Below are positions 36,979-45,560 of a stretch of 64,000 nucleotides of DNA, one piece after another. Source of the DNA: Methanobacteriota archaeon (lineage in GTDB: Archaea; JAADCQ01; Methanopyri; Methanopyrales; Methanopyraceae); the NCBI GenBank assembly GCA_027064425.1, contig JAMOPO010000052.1, positions 64,001-128,000 on the forward strand, read 5' to 3'. Numbering within the stretch: position 1 is the stretch's first letter; each line of letters begins with the position of its first letter. Below the pieces are notes generated by a model that did no database searches, was not told the origin of the DNA, and was given only the letters and a program-made list of their open reading frames with translations. The translations under genes were made by a program, and so were the position numbers.

Positions 36979-38267
36979 CCGTCGTCGGCATCGCGGCGGA
37001 CTTCGATCCGCCCCACCGCGGGCACGCCTACCTCCTGGAGCGCGCCTCCGAGCTCGGGGACGAGGTGATCGTCTTCCTCAACGCGGACTACACCGCCCAC
37101 CACACCCCGCCGCTGCTGCCCTACGAGCTCCGCGCCGAGATCGCCCTCGAGCTGGGCGCCGACGACGTGCAGCCCGTGCGCGGGTACCACCAGCGCTTCC
37201 CCCTGGCCTACACGGTCCCGGTCCGCGTCGCCACCATGGCCGAGCACGGCGTGGACGTCATCCTGGACGCCGGCCCCAAGCGGAACCTGGAGGAGGTTCG
37301 ACACCACGCCGAGCGGGTCCTGAAGCGGGGTGACCTCTTCTCCATCCCCAAGCACGTGCCCGCACGGAACCTCGTCAGGTGGCTGGCCGCCGTCGAGATG
37401 GTCAACGAGCTGCTGGGCACGGAGGTGAGCCTGCGGATCGTCCCGGAGCTCCCCGGCCACTCCGGCCGGAAGATCCGCGCCACGCTCCGCCGCGCCGGGT
37501 ACTCACCGGACGCCCTGGACGACGTCAGGCGCCAGCTCCCGGACGAAACGTTCAGGAGACTGAAACGTTACCTGGCCGAGGAGCGGCCCCCGATCGCCCG
37601 CAGGGATCGGCTCCTCCGCGGCGTCAACGAGGCCCGCCCGGACCACATTTGTAGCATCGCCCACGTGAACACGCTGGCCGCCCGCGAGCTGCTGCGCGGT
37701 CGCCCCTTCCGCAGCGAGCGACAGCTCTGGGGAGCCCTGAGACGGGCGGGGTACGGGTCAGTCCTCACCCGACTCGCCCTCGCCAACCTGGAGTGCCGGG
37801 TGACCTCCGCGGAGCTCGCCCGAATCTCGCTGGAGTGGGTCGAGCAGGGCCTCGTCCCACCCGGTCAGAGCCCCGACCGCATGTACGAACGGGATTGGTT
37901 CGTCGCGCGCCTCTCCACCGCCGGCGTGCGGGCCCGGAAGGCCGACGAGCTGTTCCGGAGCACCGGCTCCTACGAGGAGGCCGCGGCCAAGGCCCGCGAG
38001 CGGTACGGCGTCGACCCGGGCCGCCCCAGAACCCTCGTCCGCATCGGCGCAGCCGACGCCCCGGACGGGACGTACCGCCCGGCCGTGGACGCCCGGGGCA
38101 CCTTCGGAGTGCTCCCGGACGACCGGTTCGTTCGGCTGGAGCTCACCGCCTTCGGGGCCACCCTGCTGCGCTACGTCATCGACGACCCGTTCGTCGAGGC
38201 CTGGGTCCGCGTGGAGGACACGGAGGCCTGGCTCGAGGTCTTCCCCGGGGGTCGCCTCAAAGGTTGA
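36975..38267 (+). CDS. HIGH-family nucleotidyltransferase
   Basis: GIAADFDPPHRGH, YTAHHTPP, SGRKIR; TTG overlaps the mptD stop. Confidence 0.8.
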   Translation: MTVVGIAADFDPPHRGHAYLLERASELGDEVIVFLNADYTAHHTPPLLPYELRAEIALELGADDVQPVRGYHQRFPLAYTVPVRVATMAEHGVDVILDAGPKRNLEEVRHHAERVLKRGDLFSIPKHVPARNLVRWLAAVEMVNELLGTEVSLRIVPELPGHSGRKIRATLRRAGYSPDALDDVRRQLPDETFRRLKRYLAEERPPIARRDRLLRGVNEARPDHICSIAHVNTLAARELLRGRPFRSERQLWGALRRAGYGSVLTRLALANLECRVTSAELARISLEWVEQGLVPPGQSPDRMYERDWFVARLSTAGVRARKADELFRSTGSYEEAAAKARERYGVDPGRPRTLVRIGAADAPDGTYRPAVDARGTFGVLPDDRFVRLELTAFGATLLRYVIDDPFVEAWVRVEDTEAWLEVFPGGRLKG

Positions 38268-39472
38268 GGACCGTGTGGTTCCACCTCCACTCCAAGAATC
38301 GGTACAGCCTCGCTCACGTGCTCGGGGCCATCGAGGCCGAGGCCCCCGAGCTGCTCCCGAACGTCCGGGTGTCCAAGCGCCCCGAGCCGGAGGAGGGCGA
38401 CGTGGTCGTCTTCTCCTTCAACACCTTCATGGCCCCGGAAGTGTTCGAGCAGGTGGAGAAGCTGCCGGAGGGCGTGATCAAAGTCGCCGGCGGTCCCCAC
38501 CCCTCCGCGCGGCCCGATCAGTGCCTCGAGCACGGGTTCGACGTCGTCCTGATCGGGGAGGGGGAGGAGGTCGTCCCGGAGGTGCTCCGGGAGCTCGTCC
38601 GGGGCGAGCTGCCCGAAGAGCGGCCGGGAGTGTACCTCGGGGAGGGGAAGCCCGAGCCCGCCCCGCCCGTCGAGCGGCTGGAGCGGTACCCGCCCTACTC
38701 CGAGGAGTTCCGCGTCTTCTGCCCCATCGAGATCACCCGGGGCTGCCCCTGGGGCTGCGCCTACTGTCAGGTTAGCCGGCTCTTCGGCCGTAAGCCGAGG
38801 CATCGGCCCGTGGAGGACATCGTCCGGTGGGTCCGCCGCGGGGTGGAGCGCGGGCACACGTTCGCCCGCTTCGTCGCCCCGGACGCCCTGGCCTACGGCT
38901 CACCCGACGGTCGCCGGCTGAGGCCGGAGAAGGTGGAGCGGCTGCTCCGCGAGCTCCGGTCCGTGGACGGGCTAGAGAAGGTCTACTTCGGCAGCTTCCC
39001 GGCCGAGGTGCGCCCGGACTCGCTGGTCCGCTCCGGGGGCGCCGAGCTCATCGCTCACTACGCCGACAACGAGCGGGTGAACATGGGGGCGCAGTCCGGC
39101 AGCGAGCGCGTGCTCCGTAGGATCGCCCGGGGACACACGGTGGAGGACGTGCGGCGGGCCGTAGAGGAGTGCCTGGAGCAGGGGCTTAAGCCGGTCGTCG
39201 ACTTCATCTTCGGGCTGCCGGGGGAGACGAAGGAGGACCAGTGGAGGTCCGTCGAGCTGGCGGAGTGGATCATCCGGCGGGGCGGGGAGGTACGTCTCCA
39301 CTACTTCATGCCGCTGCCGGGAACGCCCCTGGAGGACGAGGAGCCCGCACCGCTGGACCCGGAGATCCGCAGGGTGCTGGGCCGGTGGACGCAGAGGGGG
39401 AAGGCGGAGGGAGCCTGGGGTCACCAGATGAGACTGTCCGAGACAGCGAGGAAGGTGTTGGCGGAGTCTTGA
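38264..39472 (+). CDS. B12-binding/radical SAM protein (TIGR04013-like)
   Basis: AGGPHPSA, EITRGCPWGCAYCQ, GSFPAEVRP, GAQSGS, FMPLPGTP. Confidence 0.88.
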   Translation: MRTVWFHLHSKNRYSLAHVLGAIEAEAPELLPNVRVSKRPEPEEGDVVVFSFNTFMAPEVFEQVEKLPEGVIKVAGGPHPSARPDQCLEHGFDVVLIGEGEEVVPEVLRELVRGELPEERPGVYLGEGKPEPAPPVERLERYPPYSEEFRVFCPIEITRGCPWGCAYCQVSRLFGRKPRHRPVEDIVRWVRRGVERGHTFARFVAPDALAYGSPDGRRLRPEKVERLLRELRSVDGLEKVYFGSFPAEVRPDSLVRSGGAELIAHYADNERVNMGAQSGSERVLRRIARGHTVEDVRRAVEECLEQGLKPVVDFIFGLPGETKEDQWRSVELAEWIIRRGGEVRLHYFMPLPGTPLEDEEPAPLDPEIRRVLGRWTQRGKAEGAWGHQMRLSETARKVLAES

Positions 39473-40245
39473 CGGAGCGCGACGTGCACGTGACGATCCT
39501 GTTCCCGGAACCCCTCGAGCGTCGCGTGCTCTCCGCCCTACGCGACCTAACCGCGTTCCTGCGAAACACCGTCGGTGTCAGGGAGGTGGGGGTCGGGACC
39601 GTCGAGAACCCTCCCGAGTACGTCAAGTGGCTGGAGGAGCGGGTCGGGGGTCACGTCGCCGAGGAGGCCTTCCAGGCCCTCACCGGGCGTTCGGGCGCCC
39701 TGGCCGTTCGAATCAGCGAGAGCGAGTACCACGTGATCGTGGGGCCCGCGTACGAGTCCCGGAGGTTCCTGCGCGCCGGCCTAGCGCACGAGTTCGCCCA
39801 CATCCTGCAGCACCGGTTGGGGCTGTTCCCGCGCGGGATCAGGGCCCCGGCCGGCGCCGCCCGGTCGGTCCTGCTGCCGCTCGAGGTTGGGGCCGAGGAG
39901 CTGGTGCTTCGGGATCTGCCGGACGTCGGCGAGGCGAGGATCGAGCTGGCCCGGCGCGAGGGGCGGGAGTGGCACCGGACGGGGGATCCGCTCCTGGATC
40001 TCGAGAACTCGCTCGTCGCCGCGCCGGTGAACCTGGCCCTGAAGCGGTTGGGTGAGGAGGTCCGGGTCCCGGAGCCGGAGGTGGACGACGAGGAGATCTC
40101 GAAGGTTCGGGACCGGCTGGTGCGGGCCGCCGCCGAGACCGACCCCTGGGACCGGGACCAGGTGCGCGAGTACGTGGAGTGGGCCACCGGGGTCCTCCTC
40201 CGCTGGCTCGCGGATCAGCGCCGGCACCAGTCCACCATCGACTGA
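39469..40245 (+). CDS. Putative zinc metallopeptidase-like protein
   Basis: LAHEFAH motif with a downstream Glu; TTG overlaps the upstream stop. Confidence 0.6.
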   Translation: MTERDVHVTILFPEPLERRVLSALRDLTAFLRNTVGVREVGVGTVENPPEYVKWLEERVGGHVAEEAFQALTGRSGALAVRISESEYHVIVGPAYESRRFLRAGLAHEFAHILQHRLGLFPRGIRAPAGAARSVLLPLEVGAEELVLRDLPDVGEARIELARREGREWHRTGDPLLDLENSLVAAPVNLALKRLGEEVRVPEPEVDDEEISKVRDRLVRAAAETDPWDRDQVREYVEWATGVLLRWLADQRRHQSTID

Positions 40246-40895
40246 AACAGCCGCAGCCCGTCGTCAGAGCCCTGAAGCCGGTGCGCGGCCCGCTCCGGGT
40301 GCGGCATCATCCCCAGCACGTTGCCCTCCTCGTTGACCACCCCGGTGATGCCTCGGACCGAGCCGTTCGGGTTGTACCGGTCGTCAACCTCGCCGTTCGG
40401 GCCGCAGAAGCGGAACACGACCCGGTCCTCCACCTCGTCCGGCTCGTCCACGTAGTACCGACCCTCCGCGTGCGCGATCGGTATCCTGAGCACCTCACCC
40501 TCCTCGTACCGGGTCGTGAACGGCGTGTCCGCCCGCTCCACCCGCAGGTGGACCCAGTCGCAGATGAACCGATTGCAGTCGTTGACGGTCAGCGTCCCCG
40601 GGATCAGCCCGGCCTCGGCCAGGATCTGCATCCCGTTGCACACGCCCAGCACCGGCCGCCCCTCCTCCGCGAACTCCCTCACCTCGTCCATGACCGGAGA
40701 CAGGGCGGCGATGGCACCGGCCCGGACGTAGTCACCGTAGGTGAACCCGCCCGGGATGATGACCGCGTCGTAGTCGGCCAGCTCCCCGTCCTCGTGCCAC
40801 ACGAACTCCGCATCCGCGCCCGCGCGCTCCACGGCCCAGGCCATCTCGAGGTCGCAGTTGGTGCCGGGGAACTGAAGAACCGCGACGCGAACCAA
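40215..40895 (-). CDS. purQ: FGAM synthase glutaminase subunit
   Basis: FPGTNCD, PGGFTYGDY, GVCNGMQIL, MMPHPER; TTG at 40895. Confidence 0.96.
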   Translation of the reverse strand: MVRVAVLQFPGTNCDLEMAWAVERAGADAEFVWHEDGELADYDAVIIPGGFTYGDYVRAGAIAALSPVMDEVREFAEEGRPVLGVCNGMQILAEAGLIPGTLTVNDCNRFICDWVHLRVERADTPFTTRYEEGEVLRIPIAHAEGRYYVDEPDEVEDRVVFRFCGPNGEVDDRYNPNGSVRGITGVVNEEGNVLGMMPHPERAAHRLQGSDDGLRLFQSMVDWCRR

Positions 40896-40902
40896 CCGGA
40901 GG

Positions 40903-40966
40903 GCCCCCCGATGACGACGACCCACGGGGCCGAGCGGGATGACGACTCCCAAGTACGCCGAGGGGC
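40903..40966 (+). ncRNA. Box C/D guide sRNA antisense to the purS-purQ spacer
   Basis: Stem GCCCC/GGGGC, C CCGATGA 40908, D' CCGA 40930, C' GGGATGA 40936, D CCGA 40958; both guides 15 nt. Confidence 0.75.
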
Positions 40967-40967
40967 G

Positions 40968-41213
40968 TCACTCCACCACCTCGATCTCGTAATCCTCGAC
41001 CACGGGGTTGGCCAGCAACCGTCGGCACATCTCCTCCACCAGCTCCACGGCCTCGTCCTCGTCGTCCACGTCCAGCTCGATCCGATAGACCTTCGCCGTC
41101 CGCACGTCGCTAACCTCCTCGTACCCCAACCGGTGCAGGGCCCGCTTCACCGTCTCCCCCTCCGGGTCCAGCGCCTTGGGCTTCAGGCTCACCCGAACTT
41201 CGACCGTGACCAC
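40968..41213 (-). CDS. purS: FGAM synthase subunit PurS
   Basis: LKPKALDPEG, LLANPVVEDY; start at 41213 or 41222. Confidence 0.95.
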   Translation of the reverse strand: MVTVEVRVSLKPKALDPEGETVKRALHRLGYEEVSDVRTAKVYRIELDVDDEDEAVELVEEMCRRLLANPVVEDYEIEVVE

Positions 41214-41218
41214 GCGCC

Positions 41219-41968
41219 TCACCCCGGCAGCATCGAGAGCTTCTCCTCATCGTCCTCCAGGATACGCCTCGCCGCCTCCAGGTAGCCCGCCAGGACGTCC
41301 CCCTTGTCCTCTCGGAAGATGTCCTTGTCCAGGCTCTCCCTCGTCTCCGCGTCCCAGAACCGGCACGTGTCCGGGCTGATCTCGTCACCCACGACGACCT
41401 CGCCGTCCGGATTCACGCCGAACTCCAGCTTGAAATCGACCAGAATGATCCCCCTATCCTCCAGGAACTCCGAGAGCACTTCGTTCACCTTCAGCGTCAG
41501 CTCCCGCATCCGCTCGACCTCGTCCTCGGAGGCCAGCCCGAGCGCCCGGATGTGATCCATGTTCACCATCGGGTCACCGTACTCATCGCTCTTGTAATCG
41601 AACTCCACGATCGGCGGATCCAGCTCCTCCCCCTCCTCGAACGGCAGCCGCTCCACGAGACTCCCCGTCGCGATGTTCCGGCAGATGACCTCCAGCTTGA
41701 ACATGTCCAGCCGCTCCACGATCATGCGGCGCTCGTCGGCCAGCTCCACGTAGTGCGTCGGGATACCAGCATCCTCCAGCACCTCAAACAGCCGGGCCGA
41801 AATGAGGCAGTTGCAGACCCCCTTACCCTCCACCTTGTCCACCTTCTCCATGTTGAAAGCCGTGATATCGTCCCGGAACTCCATCACCAGCAGATCATCC
41901 TCCTCCGGGTGCTCGTAGAGGCTCTTTGCCTTACCCTCGTACACCAGCTGGCCCACCTCCAAGCCCAC
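41219..41968 (-). CDS. purC: SAICAR synthetase
   Basis: YEGKAK, RNIATGS, LVDFKLEFG, DEISPDTCRFWD. Confidence 0.97.
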   Translation of the reverse strand: MGLEVGQLVYEGKAKSLYEHPEEDDLLVMEFRDDITAFNMEKVDKVEGKGVCNCLISARLFEVLEDAGIPTHYVELADERRMIVERLDMFKLEVICRNIATGSLVERLPFEEGEELDPPIVEFDYKSDEYGDPMVNMDHIRALGLASEDEVERMRELTLKVNEVLSEFLEDRGIILVDFKLEFGVNPDGEVVVGDEISPDTCRFWDAETRESLDKDIFREDKGDVLAGYLEAARRILEDDEEKLSMLPG

Positions 41969-41994
41969 CGACCCCCGGCGGGGGGCGAGGCCCG

Positions 41995-42004
41995 TGTATA
42001 AACG
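41995..42004 (-). promoter_or_regulatory. TATA box, probably for purC-purS-purQ
   Basis: GTTTATAC on the minus strand about 30 nt upstream of the purC start. Confidence 0.55.
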
Positions 42005-42088
42005 CTAAACGCGCCCCCATCGGCAGCGCCGCTATAGCTCTCCGTGGGTTAACTCCCACCGGCACGGCCGGCGGGGGGTGAGCTCCCG

Positions 42089-43337
42089 GTGTCCACCGGG
42101 ACCATCGAGGTGGGCGTCAGCCACGGGAGGGACCCGCACACCGCGGTCGAGGACGCCCTCGACCAGCTCTCGGAGGACCCGAACCTGGCGCTCGTGTTCT
42201 TCTCACCGCGCCACGCGGACGAGATCGAAGCGGCGCTCGAGCAGCTCCCCGACGAGTGCCACAGCCTGGGCTGCTCCACGGCCGGGGAGCTCACCCCGGA
42301 CGGCTACACCCAGGGCGAGGTCGTGGTTGCGCTCGTCCGCAGCCCGTACCTCGCCCTAGAAACCCACCGGATCACGTTCGAAAGCAACGATCCGAGGAGC
42401 GCCCGGGAGGCCGGCCGCGACTTCGTCCTCGGCGCGATCGAGAAGCTGCGAGACCCGGGCCCCTGCCTGGATATCACCTTCAATGCGATGCTCCGCAGCC
42501 TCCGGGCCGGTCGCCCGACCAGGGTCTTACCCTACTTCATGATCGAGCTCGTGGACGGGCTCTTCCCCGCGATCGATTACTACGTGGACGGAATCAACGA
42601 GGTCATCCACCGCTTCAACTTCCTGGAGGTGTACGGCGGGGCCGCCGGAGATGACCTGCGGCTCGAGCGCACCTACACGCTCGAGAACGGCGAGCTGTGC
42701 CCGGAGCACTCGGCGGTCGTGGTCTTCGGGGGTCACCGCACTGAAGATCGGCGGCTGCTTGGACTGCGGGTTCGACCCCGTGCCCGAGGACCGGTTCCCC
42801 ATCACCGAGGCCGAGCCGAGTGAGCGTCGCGTGCTCGAGTTCGCGGGGGAGCCCGCGGCCGACTACTACGCCGAGGTGGTGGGGGTCTCGGCCGAGAAGC
42901 TGGACGACGAGGTGTTCATGTGGAACCCGCTCGGGTGGGAGATCTTCGGGGGCCAGATCATCGTCCGCGAACCCGCACGGGCCGAGGATGACGGCTCCCT
43001 GAGGTTCCACTCCCGACCCCCCGCCTCCGGCACGCTGATCCGGCTCCAGCCGACCCGCGAGGGAATGGCCGAGACGGCGCGGCAGGTCACCGAGCGGGCG
43101 ATGGCCCGCGCGGGCATCAGCGACCCGGAGGAGGTCGCGCTGGTCCTCGTGTTCGACTGCGCGCACCGAGACTGCGACGAGCAGTACGACGCGATCCGGG
43201 AGGTGGTCGGGGACGAGGTTCCGATCGTAGGGTTCAAGACCTACGGCGAGCACGGCCAGCTTGAGACGGGACCGGTCGGACACTTCAACCAGACCATCGA
43301 GGTCGTGGTCGTCGGGCGCGAGCTCGTCTCGCAGTGA
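42089..43337 (+). pseudogene. FIST-domain gene split by one extra G in a G5 run (pseudogene, phase variant or sequencing error)
   Basis: FIST-N in ORF 42089..42823 and FIST-C (FDCAHR, GFKTYGE, HFNQT) in ORF 42651..43337; deleting one G at 42728-42732 joins VVVFG to VTALKIG. Confidence 0.8.
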
Positions 43338-43406
43338 ACGCCGCGGTGCCCCTCCCCGGCACCAATCGTTTCGAAATGCATAACGAAGGGGGAGGGCGGG
43401 ATCAGG

Positions 43407-44540
43407 GTGGGCCTCGTCCTCCACGGTCCCACGATCATCGACACCGGCTGGGCCGAGCGCCTGCTGGACGCTCTCGAGCGGCTCGGCGAGGTCCGGGCCA
43501 AGCTCGGAGGCACCACCGGGTACATCGCCCTGCTGGACGCCGGACTCCAGGATCGGGTCGAGTTCGACCGCAAGCTCCCGAGCGAGTGCCTGGAGGAGCT
43601 CCGGGAGTGGGCGGACGCGCTCGTCCTCGCCAACCACGGGAAGAGCCGGGAGAGCGGGCTGGCCTTCGCCGAGGGGGTGCTGGCGCGCGCCGAGGGCGTG
43701 GACTCGCTGGTTCAGGTGGAGCGTCCCGGGGAGCCTGACGGTGGCATCGTGCTCTGGAGCCCGGGCGAGTCCGAGCGCCGGGTGGCACGGCACCTGAGTG
43801 ACGAGCTGGGGCTGGAGGTGATCGAGGTCCGGGAGGCGCCGGAGGGCGCCGAGTCTTCCCGCCGCCGACGGATCTCCTGCGTGAAGCCCGGGGACCGGAT
43901 CCTCGTCAACGGGGTCACGGTCGGCGTGGCCGAGTCGGACGACGTGGTGCTGGTCTTTGATGAGGAGGGGAGGCTGGTAAACATCGAAGGGGGTCGGCTA
44001 AAGCGGGAGGGCGTCGAGCGGCTGGGTCGCGTGGACCCCGCGCGTGCGGTCGTGAAGACGGATCGACGCCTCCGGCGCCGCGAGCCGGACAGCAGGAGGG
44101 TGACGCCGCCCCCGGACCGGGTCTCCCGGGCCGTGCTCGTGGATCATGACGCCGAGCGTCGGGTGGAGGACATCCGGTGGGCCGACGCGGTCGTGGCCGT
44201 GGGCGACGACACGACGGCCGTGTGCGCGGAGCTGGGTGACCGGCTGGGAAGCTGGGTGGTCGGGATCGTGGACCTGGATCCCGACGGGTGGGTGGTCGAC
44301 GACACCCGGGAGGCGCTGGAGAGATCCGAGAACCTAATTTGCCTGCTCGTGTGCCGCCGGGACGATGACGCGGGCGAGGTGATCCGGGGGCGCCTCTTCA
44401 GCGACGGTCACCGGCTCGAGCTGGACGAACCGGAGCGTCCGGAGGAGTGGGTCGAGCGCCTGGTCAGCCTGCTCGAGGAGGCCGGAGTGCTGGAGCGTGT
44501 CCTGCGGGCGCCTCGGCGTGAGCTGGGCTCTTCACGCTGA
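43407..44540 (+). CDS. DUF2117 family protein (methanogen-associated)
   Basis: GLVLHGPTIIDTG, LGGTTG, NHGK, QVERPGE, VGDDTT, GIVD.D.DG. Confidence 0.8.
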   Translation: MGLVLHGPTIIDTGWAERLLDALERLGEVRAKLGGTTGYIALLDAGLQDRVEFDRKLPSECLEELREWADALVLANHGKSRESGLAFAEGVLARAEGVDSLVQVERPGEPDGGIVLWSPGESERRVARHLSDELGLEVIEVREAPEGAESSRRRRISCVKPGDRILVNGVTVGVAESDDVVLVFDEEGRLVNIEGGRLKREGVERLGRVDPARAVVKTDRRLRRREPDSRRVTPPPDRVSRAVLVDHDAERRVEDIRWADAVVAVGDDTTAVCAELGDRLGSWVVGIVDLDPDGWVVDDTREALERSENLICLLVCRRDDDAGEVIRGRLFSDGHRLELDEPERPEEWVERLVSLLEEAGVLERVLRAPRRELGSSR

Positions 44541-44572
44541 CGCATCCGACCCGCGACTTCTCCTCATCGGCG
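44509..44572 (-). ncRNA. Box C/D guide sRNA targeting the 23S peptidyl-transferase region
   Basis: C CCGATGA, D' CGGA, C' GTGAAGA, D CCGA, stem CGCC/GGCG; D guide CCCAGCTCACG is complementary to the conserved 23S sequence CGUGAGCUGGG. Confidence 0.85.
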
Positions 44573-44581
44573 GGTGATACC

Positions 44582-45559
44582 GTGGAGCTGGAGGAGCTGG
44601 CCCGGGAGCTTCGGTCCTTCGAGGGAGTGACCCGGAAGCGGCCCGTCCGGACCGTGCTAAAGGAGTTGCTCTCGGACTGCGGGGTCCCGCTCGAGGGCGA
44701 GGTCATCGCCGACGCGGGAGAGGACGCGGCCGCCGTCGACGTCGGCGATCGGATCATGCTCGTGGCCGCCGACGGGATCTGGGGTAAGCTGATCGAGCGG
44801 GATCCGTGGTGGGCGGGCTACTGCGCCGTCCTCGTGAACGTGAACGACGTGCTGGCCATGGGCGGTCGGCCCGTCGGCCTAGTGAACGTCCTCTCCACGT
44901 CCGACCAGGAGGAGTGCCGGGAGATCCTGCGCGGGATGCGCGAGGCCGCCCGAAAGTTCTCGACCCCGGTGCTCGGCGGCCACACGCACCCGGACACGCC
45001 CTACACCGCGCTCGACGCCGCCATCGTTGGGGTCACGGACGAGGAGCACCTCGTGCTGAGCTCCACCGCGGAGCCGGGGGACCTGGTCGTGTTCGTGATC
45101 GACCTCGACGGCGAGCCCTACCCCAAGTTCCCGCTCAACTGGGACACCACCACGGGTAAGAGTGGGGACGAGATCCGGGAGCAGATGGAGTCCGTGTACC
45201 GGGCCTCCCGGCACGTGAAGGCCGGGAAGGACGTCAGCAACCCCGGCCTGGTGGGCACGCTCGCGATGATGCTCGAGGCGAGCGGCAACCTGGGGGCGGA
45301 GATCCGCCTGCCGGACGTGCCCAAGCCCGAGGACGTCGACCTGGAGACGTGGCTGAAAATGTACCCGGGAATGGGGTTCGTCTACGCGGTGGACGGCGAG
45401 CGGGAGGCCCGGAGGATCGAGCGGGAGGTCTCCGAGGCGGGACTGACCGCGAGCGTGATCGGGGAGGTCACCGGAGACGGCGTCGTGCGCATCACGGACG
45501 GGGAGCGCGAGGCGCGCGTGTTCGATCTGAGCAAGGAGTGGATCGTCGGGGTGCGGTAG
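44582..45559 (+). CDS. Methanogenesis marker protein 2 (AIR synthase/PurM-like)
   Basis: FEGVTRK, GEDAA, AADGIWG, VLVNVND, GGHTHPD, KDVSNPG. Confidence 0.9.
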   Translation: MELEELARELRSFEGVTRKRPVRTVLKELLSDCGVPLEGEVIADAGEDAAAVDVGDRIMLVAADGIWGKLIERDPWWAGYCAVLVNVNDVLAMGGRPVGLVNVLSTSDQEECREILRGMREAARKFSTPVLGGHTHPDTPYTALDAAIVGVTDEEHLVLSSTAEPGDLVVFVIDLDGEPYPKFPLNWDTTTGKSGDEIREQMESVYRASRHVKAGKDVSNPGLVGTLAMMLEASGNLGAEIRLPDVPKPEDVDLETWLKMYPGMGFVYAVDGEREARRIEREVSEAGLTASVIGEVTGDGVVRITDGEREARVFDLSKEWIVGVR

Positions 45560-45560
45560 C

